Source of the DNA: Octopus bimaculoides
Lineage: Eukaryota
Length of the DNA stretch: 64,000 nt
Assembly (NCBI RefSeq): GCF_001194135.2
Contig: NC_068990.1
Coordinates: forward strand, 5,966,004 to 6,030,003
Direction of reading: 5' to 3'
Shown: piece by piece, positions 63,973 to 64,000 of the stretch
How positions within the stretch are numbered: position 1 is the first letter of the stretch
How the letters are laid out: each line of letters opens with the position of its first letter
Notes under the pieces: generated by a model
Seen by the model: the letters and a program-made list of their open reading frames with translations, nothing else
Told to the model about the DNA's origin: nothing
Database searches by the model: none
Program-made: the position numbers and the translations under genes

Positions 63973-64000
63973 TGCCAAACCAGCAGGGGGACACTGCTGA

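Overview
AT-rich eukaryotic draft-assembly sequence with eight N gaps, packed with microsatellites, tRNA-derived SINEs, MITEs and decayed retroelements. The repeat landscape suggests a cephalopod (Octopus-like) genome; that is an inference, not a lookup. I recognise no intact host protein-coding gene, and the listed ORFs are microsatellite or gap artefacts or transposon relics. Recognisable relics: several R4/Dong-type REL-endonuclease LINE fragments, a CRE-type REL C-terminus, an L1/Tx1 APE domain, an RTE-type 5'+3' remnant, Penelope-like (PLE) fragments and a Tc1/mariner transposase end. The most interesting signal is non-coding: four minimal type-I hammerhead ribozyme folds, each with a palindromic helix III. 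Two sit in a 518-bp-period tandem duplication (22223-23189) and show a compensatory helix III change, a retrozyme or PLE pseudo-LTR-like layout predicting a 518-nt self-excising monomer. One is at 5150-5192 (minus strand). One at 63931-63972 carries a U3-A8 swap of the C3-G8 core pair. Also notable: an R4-like family repeatedly embedded in (TACA)n tracts, and a CCAAT plus RFX X-box promoter candidate near 52.1 kb. All folds and alignments were read by eye and none was computed.
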